Shown piece by piece: positions 1 through 12,119 of a stretch of 64,000 bases of DNA. Under the pieces are notes generated by a model. That model did no database searches. It was given only the letters and a program-made list of their open reading frames with translations, and was not told the DNA's origin. Numbering within the stretch: position 1 is the first letter of the stretch; the number at the start of each line of letters is the position of its first letter. Source of the DNA: Eledone cirrhosa (Eukaryota); contig CAXHJY010001110.1 of NCBI GenBank assembly GCA_964016885.1, forward strand, positions 1 to 64,000, read 5' to 3'. The translations under genes were made by a program, and so were the position numbers.

Positions 1-1587
1 GGCGCCCCTGATGTCTTGGCGGCAATAAAGGAAATCAAGCATAATTCAGCAGTAGGTCCCGATAGGTTCCCTGCTTGTGTCTTGAAGGCGTGTCAACACC
101 AACTTGCTTCTCCTCTTGCCAATCTGTGGCGGAACTCACTGGATGCTGGATATGTGCCAGAAAACCTTCTATCCCAGTCTGTTGTCCCAGTTTTCAAAAA
201 GGGAAACAAATCCCTTGCCGTGAATTACCGTCCAATCTCACTCACCTCTCATATCATTAAGGTATTTGAGCGAGTGGTGAGATCGCGAATGACCCACTTC
301 CTTGAGAGTAACAATATGCTGAACTCCAACCAGCATGGATTCCGTAATGGAAGGGATTGCCTGACGCAACTACTGCATCACTTTGATGACATTTTGAGAG
401 CCTTGGGAGAGGGTTCCAACACTGATGTTATCTACCTTGATTTCAGCAAGGCCTTTGACAGGGTTGATCATAACATTCTACTGAGAAAGCTGTCCAATAT
501 TGGTGTCACTGGAAAGCTGCTGCAGTGGATCAAGAGCTTCCTGTCAAACAGAACCCAACATGTTGTAGTTGAGGGAGTCAAATCAAGCCCAGCCAAAGTC
601 AGTAGTGGAGTCCCACAAGGCACTGTGTTGGGCCCACTTCTCTTCATCATCTATATTAATGACATCACTGACATCATCAAACACAGCAACATTAAAATTT
701 TCGCTGATGATTCCAAGCTCCAAAAGGTCATCAATGGCGTGGATGACCGGATAAGCCTTCAGTCAGACCTACTGGCTGTTACCCAATGGGCAGAAAAGAA
801 CAACATGTTACTGAACGAAGACAAATTCGAACTGATCCACTTTGGAAAAGAGGATGCTCTGAAACTCCCGTACTCCCTTCCCTCCGGGGAAACTCTCGTG
901 GCATCTAACAACATCAGAGACTTGGGAGTAACCGTGGACAGCAACATAAGCTGGACCACGCATATAAGCAGCAAAGTTGACATGGCTCGCAGAATGTGTT
1001 CCTGGATCCTCAGAACCTTCCAGTCGAGAGATTCCCGCACCATTATCCTTCTCTTCTCTACTTTCGCCCGACCACACCTTGAATACTGTTGTCCACTGTG
1101 GTCTCCCCACACGAAACAAAGTATCATGAAACTTGAAGCTCCTCAAAGGGCAATCACGAAAAAGATAGATGGCATGTCAGACCTTGACTACTGGGGTCGA
1201 TTAGAAAACCTGAAACTTTACTCACTCCAACGTCGCCGTGAGCGTTATATTATCTGCATGATGTGGAAAATGTTCCATCATCACTGCCCAAATGATGTTG
1301 GCATCGCCTTCAAGATACACCCAAGGCTTGGGCCCCGTGCTATCCGTCCCATTCAAAAATCTAAATCGCAACTCATAACAACAATACGGCACAATTATTT
1401 CACCTCAATCGGCCCTGCTCTCTTCAACATCACACCAGGACACGTCAAAACAGAAACTGACCACACAAAATTCAAGAAGTCTTTGGACAAATTCCTCCAA
1501 GTAATCCCGGACAAACCACCCACACCCGGATATGTCTCCGCAAACAGTAATTCTCTTCTCGAATGGGCCATGGTGCCCAAATCCTGA
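1..1587 (+). mobile_element. Non-LTR retrotransposon ORF2 (CR1/L2-group LINE), reverse transcriptase and C-terminal region; 5' part lies outside the window
   Basis: Frame is open from base 1. RT motifs NYRPISLTS, QHGFR, YLDFSKAFD, GVPQGTVLGPLLF, FADD and DLGV are present, with a CR1-like tail RPHLEYCCPLWSP...LYSLQRRRER. No internal stops; ends directly at a (TA)n tract. Confidence 0.92.
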
Positions 1588-1593
1588 ATTGTA

Positions 1594-1602
1594 ATATATA
1601 TG

Positions 1603-1687
<85 letters not shown>

Positions 1688-1700
1688 GTATATATATATG

Positions 1701-1767
<67 letters not shown>

Positions 1768-1776
1768 GTATATATG

Positions 1777-1823
<47 letters not shown>

Positions 1824-1953
1824 GTATATGAATATATATAATATATATATATATATAAATATATATGTATATATATATATATAAATATATATGTATATAT
1901 ATATATATGAATATATGTGTATATATATATATATGAATATATGTGTATATATA
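1594..1953. repeat. (TA)n/(TATG) microsatellite
   Basis: Directly visible; the overlapping YI-repeat ORFs are artefacts. Confidence 0.98.
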
Positions 1954-2064
1954 TAATTGAATATACAGTATTTACGTATTGAGAGACAGAAAAAAAAGCG
2001 GAGGATAGGTGATACATATATTAATTTTCCAAGTAGCGTATGCCAAAGGTGCTCGATACTAGTG

Positions 2065-5000
2065 CCGGTTTTCCCACTTGAGGCAAGAATGGTTGTCTTG
2101 CTCGCATAGGACTATCTGGCGTATTTTCTACAGCTGGATGCCCTTCCTAACACGAACCACATTTACAGTGTGGGTCTGGGAGGTTTTTACCGTGTTGCCT
2201 ACATGGCCACATTACAGCGTGAACGGTGTGTTTTTTTTGTCGTGACACCTACACGATCTCATTTGTTTCGGCCTGGATGTTGTGGCACCAACATAACTTT
2301 ACATTGAAAGGGGCGGTGTGGATAGGGTGGTGGGACGAGGGTGTATTTTGTTAGAGATGCCTACTGACTGTAGTAGGTTTTACTTTGTATTTAGGTAAGG
2401 CGGGTCTTCTCTATTACTGAGTACCGCCAAAGGTCTCGGTCCAGTGACATTGTCTTGGTGAGGTGTAAATGTGTGAGGTCGGAATTTATCAGCTCGTCCC
2501 AGGTTTTTCTGGGTCTGCCTATTCCGTGGCTACCGTCTATTTTTATTGCCCTGCACTTTGTTATACAGCTATCGTCCTTCATGCGCATCACGTGACCATA
2601 CCAACGTAGCCTTCTCTCGAGTAAACAACATCTGATCCCTCTTATTTCTAATTTTTTCCTTAGTTCGTTTATGCTTTGCCGTTCACGTATATTACTATTA
2701 CACATCCAGCGGAGCATGCAAGCTTCATTTCTCTCTAGTCTGCGTATATCCTCTGCACACAATGCCCAGGTCTCACTGCCATGCAACATTGCTGTTCGTA
2801 TGCAGGCATCATACAACCTGCCTTTCATTTTTAGGGAGAACCCTTTAGCGGCTAATAGTGGTATAAGCTCTCTGAACTTTTTCCATCCAGTTCTGACTCT
2901 AGCTACGGTACTTTCAGAGCACCTTCCCCCACTGCTGATTTTGTCACCCAGGTAACGGAAGCTGTCCACTATTTCTATAGAACCCTCTGCGCAGTTGAAA
3001 GAGCTAGTATTTTGTGGGCACTTGCTGCTACTTATTGCACCAGAGCACCGGCCACATGTAAAATCTATGTTCTTAGTTAGCTTACCTGTGATCCCACTAC
3101 ATCTTTTATGCACCCATACTTTGCATTTGGGACACAGAATGGAGTTTCTACCTACGCCTTTCCTACACACTGAGCATGGCCACTTCCTGGAAGGGGCCGC
3201 CGCCTTATTTTCTTTCTTACAAACTAGAACTTTAGTCTTAGCCAGGTTAATTTTAAGGCCTTTTGATTCTAGGCCGTGCTTCCATGTTTGGAATTTCTTC
3301 TCTAGCTCGGCCATTGATTCAGCTATGAGTGTTAGGTCATCTGCGTATAGGAGTTCCCATGGGCAACCGGTCTTGAACTCCTCTGTTATAGCCTGAAGGG
3401 CAATAATAAATAGTAGGGGGCTGAGAACAGAGCCCTGATGGATGCCAACTTTTACGCTAAACTCTTCACTATATTCGTTGTTAATTCTAACCTTGCTGAC
3501 TGTTTCTTTATACATGGCTTGTATAGCTCTCACAAGCCATTCGTCAACGCCTAGTTTTCTAAGAGCCCACCAGATAATGGAGCGGGGGACTCTGTCGAAG
3601 GCTTTCTCCAAGTCGACAAAAGCTAAGTAGAGGGGTTTACCTTTAGCTAGGTACTTCTCCTGTAGTTGTCGTACAATGAAAAGAGCGTCTGTGGTACTTT
3701 TGCCTGACACAAACCCGAACTGCATTTCATCTAGGTCAATTCTCTCTCTGATTAGTTGCGCTATTACTTTTTCCGTGACCTTCATGACCTGGTCGATTAA
3801 TTTAATGCCTCTATAGTTACTCCTATCTAGGGCGTCTCCTTTACCCTTATAACAGTTAACGATGATGCTGCTATGCCAGTCCTTCGGAACCCCATTCTGT
3901 ACGACTTGGTTAACTATGCGGGTGACCATGGTGTGTCCCACCGTGCCAGATGCCTTCAGCATCTCAGCAACTATTTCCGAAGGCCCAGCCGCCTTACCCG
4001 TCTTCATATCCTTGATTGCCTTACTTATTATACTCCCCTCGACTAACACTGCTGGTCCCTCTATTGGGTCGATATGGGGGAGACTGTCTTTCTCCCATTT
4101 ATTCTCCTCATTTAGTAGCCTTTCATAGTGACACTTCCAAGCTACCTTCTTATCAGCGTCGGTGATGGCAAGTACGCCGTCATCATTAAGTACACACTTC
4201 TCCCCGACAATATCACGGTTTTCCTTGACGCATTGCCTAGCAATCCTGAACACCTCACGTTTTTGGTCCTCGCGTTGTAGAACATGCTTGAACTTTCTTT
4301 CCTCTGCTTCCCTTCTTGCTAAGTACACTTGTCTCCTAGCTTCCCTCCTGGCCACTTGATAGTCTTCTCTACTTCCCCCATCCCGCCATACTTTCCAAGC
4401 CTGCTTTTTGGCCTTAATTGACCCCTCCACCTTACTGTTCCACCACCATGTTACTCTCCTCCTGCCTACAGGCCTGCTCCAGCCACAGACTTCGTCTGTC
4501 GCCATCAGCAGGTTTGCTTTCAGAAATTCCCACTGTCCCTCTATATTGTCCGACTCTAAATGCTCTTCCTTACTGTCGAAAGCATCAAGTAATATGCTTT
4601 GAAATTTATTTCTGGCTGTGGGGTCCTTTAGCTTCCATATTTTTCTCCTGAGGATAGTCCTCTTCTGCTGTCGAGTACGTCTCGTCCTGACTATGAGGTC
4701 GCTAATTATCAGTCTATGTTGGGAGGTGCATTCTTCATGGGGGAGGGATTTAGTGTTTACAACAGACACTCTGTCACGTCTTCTGGTAAGGATATAATCT
4801 ACCTGGCTTGTGTGTTCCCCCGATCTATAGGTGATCAGGTGATTGTCACGTTTTTTGAAGTTAGTGTTACAGATAGTTAGGTTATTTGCGTCACAGAATT
4901 CCAGGATTCTGGAGCCTTCCTCATTTCTAGTACCAAACCCATAGCCTCCATGGATTTCGTCGTAGCCGTCACAATGTTGTCCAACGTGACCATTTAGGTC

Positions 5001-5750
5001 GCCTGCAATAATTATATAGTCACTGTCGGATATTTGGGAGGTAGTTAGCATCAGTGTCTCATAGAATCTGTCTTTTATAGTGCCGGGCAGTCCGGATTGG
5101 GGTGCGTACGCAGATATTACTGTCACCGTAGTTCTATTGAGGACAAGTCGTATTTTAATTATTCTGTCGTTCACTCTATTTACGTCTATTATCTTATCTG
5201 CCCACTTTTCTGCTACCATGATTCCTACTCCACCCAGCCCATCGTCGTTTCCCACCCAGAAAAGCTTATAACATCGTTTTTTACCCTCAATGAATCTAGC
5301 AGACCCACCCCTCCACCTGGTCTCTTGAATACAACAAACATCGACCTCCTTACGTTCAAGCATTTCTACAACCTCGTTAGTGCGACCCTTTAAGGTGCCT
5401 ACATTTATGGTACCAACTCTGAAGTTTTGGATTGCGTTTGGAGGGTGGGGGCGATGGGGGGGCGGGGGGAGATGGGGTTATGTTAGCCGTCCACGGTCGA
5501 AACAAAGAGGAGTGCTCGCATTCTCGTCCACGAGGTGAATTTGTCTTTAACTTTGGCATTTTCGCTGAGCGTCCAGATTTTTCTCTCTCTTCCACTCTCC
5601 AGGATTCCGCAGTCCATCCAACCATCATATATCGAAAGGCAACCGGGCAAGCGATAGTATAGGCCTCTGGCTTATGATTGGTCCGCGTAATAACAATGGG
5701 GGGGGGGGGGCTCTGGCTTATGATTGGTCCACGTAATAACAATGGTGGTG
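2065..5750 (-). mobile_element. Near full-length RTE-clade LINE including 3' UTR
   Basis: Single APE+RT ORF. The 3' UTR (2065-2390) carries the ttaggaagggcatccagc motif also found at ~8850 and ~11575. Element ends are approximate. Confidence 0.88.
2391..5477 (-). CDS. RTE LINE polyprotein: APE endonuclease, RT, PHD-like Cys/His finger, C-terminal RTE domain
   Basis: Motifs CIQETRW, GDLNGHVG, SQVDYIL, SQHRLI (APE); FVDLEKAFD, GIHQGSVLSPLLF, YADD (RT); CSVC..CPKC..HKRC..CGRC; RRLRWYGHVMR..GRPRKTW. The frame stays open upstream of the first ATG (5363) to 5477 and includes APE motif I FRVGTINVGTL. Confidence 0.93.
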   Translation of the reverse strand, partial: PHLPPPPHRPHPPNAIQNFRVGTINVGTLKGRTNEVVEMLERKEVDVCCIQETRWRGGSARFIEGKKRCYKLFWVGNDDGLGGVGIMVAEKWADKIIDVNRVNDRIIKIRLVLNRTTVTVISAYAPQSGLPGTIKDRFYETLMLTTSQISDSDYIIIAGDLNGHVGQHCDGYDEIHGGYGFGTRNEEGSRILEFCDANNLTICNTNFKKRDNHLITYRSGEHTSQVDYILTRRRDRVSVVNTKSLPHEECTSQHRLIISDLIVRTRRTRQQKRTILRRKIWKLKDPTARNKFQSILLDAFDSKEEHLESDNIEGQWEFLKANLLMATDEVCGWSRPVGRRRVTWWWNSKVEGSIKAKKQAWKVWRDGGSREDYQVARREARRQVYLARREAEERKFKHVLQREDQKREVFRIARQCVKENRDIVGEKCVLNDDGVLAITDADKKVAWKCHYERLLNEENKWEKDSLPHIDPIEGPAVLVEGSIISKAIKDMKTGKAAGPSEIVAEMLKASGTVGHTMVTRIVNQVVQNGVPKDWHSSIIVNCYKGKGDALDRSNYRGIKLIDQVMKVTEKVIAQLIRERIDLDEMQFGFVSGKSTTDALFIVRQLQEKYLAKGKPLYLAFVDLEKAFDRVPRSIIWWALRKLGVDEWLVRAIQAMYKETVSKVRINNEYSEEFSVKVGIHQGSVLSPLLFIIALQAITEEFKTGCPWELLYADDLTLIAESMAELEKKFQTWKHGLESKGLKINLAKTKVLVCKKENKAAAPSRKWPCSVCRKGVGRNSILCPKCKVWVHKRCSGITGKLTKNIDFTCGRCSGAISSSKCPQNTSSFNCAEGSIEIVDSFRYLGDKISSGGRCSESTVARVRTGWKKFRELIPLLAAKGFSLKMKGRLYDACIRTAMLHGSETWALCAEDIRRLERNEACMLRWMCNSNIRERQSINELRKKLEIRGIRCCLLERRLRWYGHVMRMKDDSCITKCRAIKIDGSHGIGRPRKTWDELINSDLTHLHLTKTMSLDRDLWRYSVIEKTRLT

Positions 5751-6065
5751 TGTGGGGGCGGCTGGGAGGGGTGTTGGGTAGCTAGCTGGAAGGTTAGGAT
5801 TGTTTAACAAGCGATTAACAAAAAACAGAAATACAAGATTTGTTCTGTTCAATACAACAAAAACTCCCGTATTTAACATAAATAACAAAAAATACAGATT
5901 TGCTCTAAGAAAACGTTCGCTACTTTTCGGATTTTGCAAGATTGGATGTTTGGACTAGGTACGAAATTGAAGCGTGGAGTAGATAGAAAAATGTGTACGT
6001 TACGATTACATGGTACACCGTAGTAGGGACAGCACATGAATTGGCGAAAGTGAGTAAACTTGAAG

Positions 6066-7268
6066 GGTTTGAACACCAATTGGGCCATAACCATACCCCT
6101 ATTTCATCATTCGGCGACACGCCTCATGTGTCATGCATAATGTGAATGGACCCATGGGCCCATGAGCACAGATCTTGAGCAGCAGCGGACGGTCTTGTCG
6201 TCCTGCTCATCCTTGATCTTGACCAACCTGTCCATCTTCTCCTTGCATCTTGTCCTTGAGTTCAAGTCCGACAGTCCAGATGAATGCGTGCCACAGCTTT
6301 CTGGTACAGGAAGGGGGAACAGGAGGACTGGAAGGATGACGGGACAGAGGGAGGGAGGACTGGTGGTTGAGGGAGGTGCCGTAGTCGGTGGTCAGAGTCG
6401 ACATCGTGTCCCGGTCGTCTTCTCCATCTTCGTCTGGTGTTGCGGGACCAGAAGTGCATTCTTGGAGGAGACCTGCAGCTGCATCGGCCAATTCTTCTTG
6501 CAATGGTCATTCTGACGGAGCAGAACAGCTCAGCCAACCAGAACCAACCGCTCAGGGGCAACGCACAATGAGAGCATGGCAATTATTATGCACTAATCAA
6601 GAAGATACTGGGGCATAGCACAGGAAACGAATAAAAAAATGTTGCCACTAATATTATTGTAAAATTTTTTATTTCTTGTCCAATTCTTTAAAGTTTTATC
6701 TTAGTTTCTTGTCCTATTCTTTTAAAGTTTTATCTTAGTTTCTTGTCCTATTCTTTTAAAGTTTAATTTTAGTTTCTTGTCCTGTATTTTTAAAGGTTTA
6801 TATTCCAACAATATTACTTTTTTTTGCTGTATGCATTTTTCTATCTGGTCTACTATTTTTTAAAGCAATGCAAGCAACAACTATCTAATAATTAAATGAT
6901 CATAGTGAATTACTGACAAGTGATTGACATTTTAAAGTTCTTTTGAGTATAATTGCAATCTAGTTGAGGCAACTGGCTTAATGACAAAGCTACGTCATTT
7001 CTGGATTACCTCCCCTAGCGACACGCTTACTACTCATTCACTTGAACACAAGATTTATCAGCAAACTTTGATTATAAACTTTTTCCCGCTGGACCAAATT
7101 TCTAGATTTTTAAGCCAAAAGATGCGTAATGATCTACTGTTCATGCTCATATAAGTTTCATCTCAGTTAAATAAAGTAGAGCCGCGCTGTACTGTCGTAA
7201 ACAGACGATTGCCAACGAAAACACGACCACAACAATATTACTAAACGGACTACCGTCCGTTTAGGATA
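6066..7268 (-). mobile_element. Helentron/HINE-like non-autonomous element, copy A (short form, lacks the SGNH gene)
   Basis: 6066-6992 is the reverse complement of 28418-29341, and ~7153-7268 of 26269-26385. Terminal 10-bp-stem hairpin ctaaacggac-tacc-gtccgtttag at 7241-7264; internal ~34-bp tandem repeats at ~6670-6800. Confidence 0.6.
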
Positions 7269-7462
7269 TATATGTATATATATGAATGTATATATATATA
7301 TGAATATATGTATATATATATATGAATGTATATGAATATATGTGTATATATATATATGTATATGAATATATGTGAATATATATATATATATATATGAATG
7401 TATATATATATATGAATGTATATGAATATATATATATGTATATATATATGTATATATATATA
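7266..7462. repeat. (TA)n/(TATGAA) microsatellite
   Basis: Directly visible. Confidence 0.97.
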
Positions 7463-7799
7463 CACGTACTGTGATGGCTATCGTTGTATGTTTTTCTCTC
7501 CAAACCTTGTTCTATGCGTCTCTCTGTGTGTCTATGTAGTATTCTGTGTGTTGAGGAGCTGTCTAGCTGCCAGGCTGGTGCTGCTTCTATAAAACCATGT
7601 TCCATTCCATATCTGATGATGGATTTTAAAAATATGACCAATTGAATTGCAATAAAATATATTGGCCAATTTTATATATACATTTAATTTCTTATTTTAT
7701 GTATACTAGTGTGTGTATGTGTGTATATATATATGTGTGTGCAAAAGGCAAACTGAAATAACAAAGCAAACAAAACAGTAAAATGAAGAAATATATTAT

Positions 7800-7862
7800 T
7801 AGTTCACGCTTGATATAGGAGTGGAAGAGACTTCACGTTTTGGACGCTAGTCCTTCATCAGA
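7800..7862 (-). mobile_element. Penelope-like LTR remnant with degenerate hammerhead ribozyme core
   Basis: Minus strand reads ctgatga-a-ggac(tagc)gtcc-aaaac: CUGAUGA, stem II, then GAAA mutated to AAAA. Confidence 0.5.
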
Positions 7863-8142
7863 AAATAGAACGAGAAATTAAAGAAGAAATAGAAAGAGAG
7901 GACAGTGAGCAATGGCAGAAAATATTTATATAAAATCTAAATCACCCTCTCTCCTTCTCCCTCGTTTCTTGTGACCCTCATTGCTTTCCCTCTCATTTAT
8001 GGCATCTATAGTCCTTTCCTCAACTTTCCCATATAGCCAGATCTGCCCTTCTTTACCCCTTCCCCATTTGTTATTTATACAATTGTATATCAATAGATTT
8101 AAATTATCTGAAATATAAATAGAGTAAAATTACTTTGGTAGT

Positions 8143-8491
8143 CAATGTACGTGAACGACCGAGCATGGATATGTTGAGAGAGAAACTGGGTATAAGAAGG
8201 ATAAGTTGTAGTGTGTGGGAGAGAAGACTGAGATGGTATGGAGATGTGATGCGCATAGAGGATAGCCGATGGGTGAAGAAGTGCCAAGAAATCCCAGTTG
8301 AAGGAAGACGTGGTAGAGGAAGACCATGAAAAACATGGGCGGGGTTGGTGAGAGCAGACCTCAGATCGCTGAAGCTCACGGAAGAGATGACGAAGGACCG
8401 TGACAAGTGGACAGATACTGTGCTGAATGGGACCCGTCCCACCCTTGCAAGCAGGGAAAAGCGGACGTAAAATGATGATGATGATGATGAT
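8143..8491 (+). mobile_element. 5'-truncated RTE LINE 3' end with (TGA)n tail and 5-bp TSD
   Basis: Encodes LREKLGIR..ERRLRWYGDVMR..GRRGRGRP. gtagt flanks both sides (8138-8142, 8492-8496), and the empty site is seen in the inverted duplicate near 16675. Confidence 0.88.
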
Positions 8492-8759
8492 GTAGTGTAG
8501 GACTACATGACGTTATTTCCTGTAAATCTGAAGAGCCGTACCTGTGTCCGACCTTCTCTCGGGTGCAGTCTACCCAACTTTTCACCAGTCTTCTTCTCTC
8601 TTCATTATGAAAATTGACCCAGTCGCTCCGTATGCTATAAATTGCAGCCAAATATCCTTCTAATCATACTTAGAAAATGGACGCATTAGATAATTAATCT
8701 AATCCATAAGCATAATACAGAAGACCCCGAGTTCCCACGAGTACAAGCCAAAGCATATA

Positions 8760-9000
8760 GACAATATGCCCCACCCCCTCCCACTGTAAAGTGGTCGTGG
8801 AGGTGCCACAGTAAAAAAGCACCCAGTACTCACTGTAAATGAGGTTGGTGTTAGGAAGGGCATCCAGCTGTAGAAACTGAGCAAACATTAGTTTTGTGTG
8901 AGCAAGACATGGTCACCTGACCAGGCATTACCCACTTCAGGACAACCTGTCTAACCCATGCTAGCGTGGAAGAACGGACGTAAAACGGTGATGATGATGA
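8760..9000 (+). mobile_element. RTE 3'-UTR-related short element (SINE-like or truncated LINE)
   Basis: ggttggtgttaggaagggcatccagctgtagaaa core and tail cccatgctagcgtggaagaacggacgtaaaacggtgatgatgatga. Confidence 0.7.
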
Positions 9001-9261
9001 TATATCATACACCCAAACATACCTTTGTGTTATTGGAATATTTTAGTTACTTAATCTTTTTAAAAGCCTTTTCCATAACAATGAATATGAAATACCTAAG
9101 TCCCTGTACAAAGCCAGGAACTAAGTACATATCGTTGTTTACGTTTCGATTTTGATATTTTTCTTCAAATCAATTGTTTCTCTCTGTCACCACTAGTACA
9201 AAATGATAATGGTCATCTAAAACACATAGGGTAATGAGGCTGTTTGCTTGCAAATGAACCG

Positions 9262-9440
9262 AACAGTATCGGTAGAGGGTCGGACGCCATGCTTTGCAGC
9301 ATAAAGTTACGGCCTTTTACGGTCTGAGTTCAAATCCCGCCGAGGTTAACTTTGCCTTTCATCCTTGCAAGGTCGAGAAAATAAAGTACCAGTAATACAC
9401 TGTGATAATTGCTTGTCTTGTGCCAAAAGCAGAAACATTT
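9262..9440 (+). mobile_element. tRNA-derived SINE with Nin-type central domain
   Basis: B-box-like gagttcaaatccc followed by gaggttaactttgcctttcatcc..gtcga..aaataaagtaccag; several related copies in the window. Confidence 0.75.
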
Positions 9441-9834
9441 AAGTATCCGCTATGTTAGAGCGAAACTAATTTCGTCTTCAAATTTTACTTTCATTTTATT
9501 AGTATACGCAAATAGGACCTAACCTGTCTACTTACCTATCTCCCTGGTTAGTTATATATCTAGGGGGCAGTCTTGTACTTACGGCGGTTTCAAGCCACGT
9601 GACACCAGAGTAAACTCTGACCCAATGAATCCCTTAGCTGACTGAGGTAAGACTAACTTTTTTCTAAGATAAAGTAAACTATGTGAAAAAGGTAGAATCT
9701 ACACATTGACTCAACCTACGAGAAATACCAACCAAATCAACTTCACACCTTTGAAGACAATTAAGCTGACATAGTAGGATAATATAATCCTAGTTATACT
9801 TATCTAAAGTCTGTCTCAAACCTGGGGGCTCATC

Positions 9835-10060
9835 AGGCCGGTGTATTATACTGACAGCATAATACTCCCCCCTGGACAGGACGCCAGTCCATCACAGGGT
9901 TAAACTCCCAGCTATTGCTGGTACTCGTTTTCAGTTGAGTATACTGGAGCAACGTGAAGTAAGTGTTTTGCTCAAGAACACAACACAACCCATTCCAGGA
10001 ATCGAACCTACGACTTTATGGTCATAAGTCCAACACCCTTACCTCTAGATGACGTACTTC
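9835..10060 (-). mobile_element. tRNA-derived SINE (CORE/MIR-like), degenerate
   Basis: Minus-strand B box ggttcgattcc; CORE-like aagtgttttgctcaagaacacaac and ccccctggacaggacgccagtccatcacagggtt. Confidence 0.65.
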
Positions 10061-10175
10061 CACAGATATACTTATACAAACCTGATAATAGATGGGTGTT
10101 GGTCACAGAACAATCTTATATCTGTCCAGCAGCTAAAGAACTACTTCTATTGTTCATTTATACAGGCACATCATT

Positions 10176-10420
10176 ACTTCTTCTTCACCCACTTATTCCT
10201 GGGTCGTGGGAGGGGCAGAGTCCTCAAACTCTCCTTCCAGTGGGTCGTGTAAGAAGCAACGATCTCCAATTGATCCAGCTGGATTTCTAAGCAAGACCAG
10301 ACAAATTCATGGATATTATCCCCCCATCTTGCTCGGAGTCTATCACTGAGTCTCCTGCCAGCTGGTTTTTCCTGTAAAATCAGTCCAGTGATTCTTTCCT
10401 GAGACATTCTAACAACTTGC
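10176..10420 (-). mobile_element. Old RTE (Rex3/Expander-like) 3' fragment
   Basis: Translation KPAGRRLSDRLRARWGDNI..VWSCLEIQLDQLEIVA...W..SLRTLPLPRP, followed by an (AAG)n-like tail. Confidence 0.65.
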
Positions 10421-10904
10421 CCTGAAAGAATACGATCCTGAATACAAGCGACCGAAATGGAGTTTCTCCAAAATGTTTTTGGAGTAATGTTACCGAAAGA
10501 TGAGAGAGTCACTTCAACTAGAGTTGCTACCTCCAAATTGAGATATTACAGCTCCGATACTACGGACATGTGCTTAGATATTACATGATAATTTCAAAAT
10601 CTAAATTATAGTTGAATTATCTTTGAAACAGATATATGTGAATCTAGAGACTTATATGTGTATATGGGTATAGCGGGCGTGATATGTATAGTTGTTCAAT
10701 GTAGTAGGAGTGAATGAGGTTGAGTCCATAGCTAGTGAGTGAAGTGTATGCCCCGTGCCTGGGGGTGTGCTTCAGTCCAAGGTTAGTAATGCGTATCCTA
10801 GTGAATCAGGAGAATTACAGCTGCGTAATAACATAAGTAGGTACGCATATATACATTCTAAAGACTTAGCCATGCGGGTTTTTTTAAAAACTACACACAC
10901 ACAC

Positions 10905-11080
10905 CAGGACTAGAACTGTTTCATTCAAAAGACATCATCAGGAAAGCTTTCCTGATTTCTTTCAAATGAAACAGTTCTAGTCCTGTAGAAGTCATTTCTC
11001 TATTAAATTTGATGTTTACACTCTACTAATGTATTGAGTACCTTAATAACTATTGTTACCCCCAATTGAACCTGGGACTC
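10905..11080. mobile_element. Penelope-like LTR remnant with inverted hammerhead-type arms
   Basis: Inverted repeat aggactagaactgtttcatt...aatgaaacagttctagtcct; minus strand has ctgatga..gaaacag; same family as 24389-24580. Confidence 0.65.
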
Positions 11081-11454
11081 ATATGTATATATATACGTAG
11101 GTACATAAGACATACCAATGAGAGCAAACTTTTGACTGTACAAATAACCCTTATATTACACTCGGCTACCTTCAAATAAGACACTTTCGATAATGTATCA
11201 CCTTGATTTACAAGAAGGGATGGTCATGGCTCGAACGTCTTTAATCATAGATCTGAAAATCAACAACATACAAACGATGTACACCAGTGGTGCTAACTGC
11301 ACCGATGTAATTTCAAACACACTTTTCCCCAACATCTTAATTTACAATGACACACTGCTTTGCGATCTGAAACACCTCATGTCTAAAGACATTGACAAAC
11401 CTCCTTCTTTCAGCCTCTCTATATATATATCATCTAACTTCTCTTGTAGCTAGT

Positions 11455-11710
11455 CCGGAATAAATGAGGTCGTGTAGGTGTCACCACAAAAAAAACACAC
11501 AGTCCACGCTGTAATGTGGCCGTGTAGGTAACACGTAAAAACCTCCCAGTCCACACTGTAAACGTGGTTGGTGTTAGGAAGGGCATCCAGCCGTAGAAAA
11601 CCCGCCAGACAGTCCTATACGAGCAGGACAACCAATCTTGCCTCAAGTGGGAAAATTCCCGTCCAAACCCATGCTAGCGTGGAAGATGGACGTTAAACGA
11701 TGATGATGAC
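11455..11710 (+). mobile_element. RTE 3' UTR fragment with (TGA)n tail
   Basis: Reverse-complement similarity to 2065-2272; ends ggacgttaaacgatgatgatgac. Confidence 0.8.
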
Positions 11711-12119
11711 GTCACTTTTCCAGTCTTTCCACACCTGTTTCACCTCCAATGGCTCTCTCTATCCCCTGTGTTGTTCCACCACTAGGTCACCCTCTGTATG
11801 GCTGGTGCTTCACTCAAATCACGTGTCATCAGTAGTCTGTAGTTATCACTTTCCTCTATGCCATGTGTCTAAATCATCACTCTCATCATATAGATCACGT
11901 AGAGCTTTTGATCTTTTCTAAACCTATACTTAAAAGAAAGGTCCTTCAGCTTTCAAACTCTCCATACAAAGATCTCCCTGCCTTTCATCTAATGTTGCTT
12001 ATAACTAACCTATGCTGAGTAGTGCGTACTTCTCCAGGTAACGACTTAGAAAATGAGATAGATGGATGGTAATAAATGCTAACAAGAAACTGAGTATGCA
12101 CATACATTATCTACATATC

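Noticed and set aside
468-5393. Short antisense and alternative-frame ORFs overlapping the two LINE ORFs
   Set aside because: Shadow ORFs of the retrotransposon coding sequence with no independent motifs.
9262-9345. tRNA genes at SINE heads
   Set aside because: Only A/B-box-like remnants with no cloverleaf; they continue into SINE body sequence.
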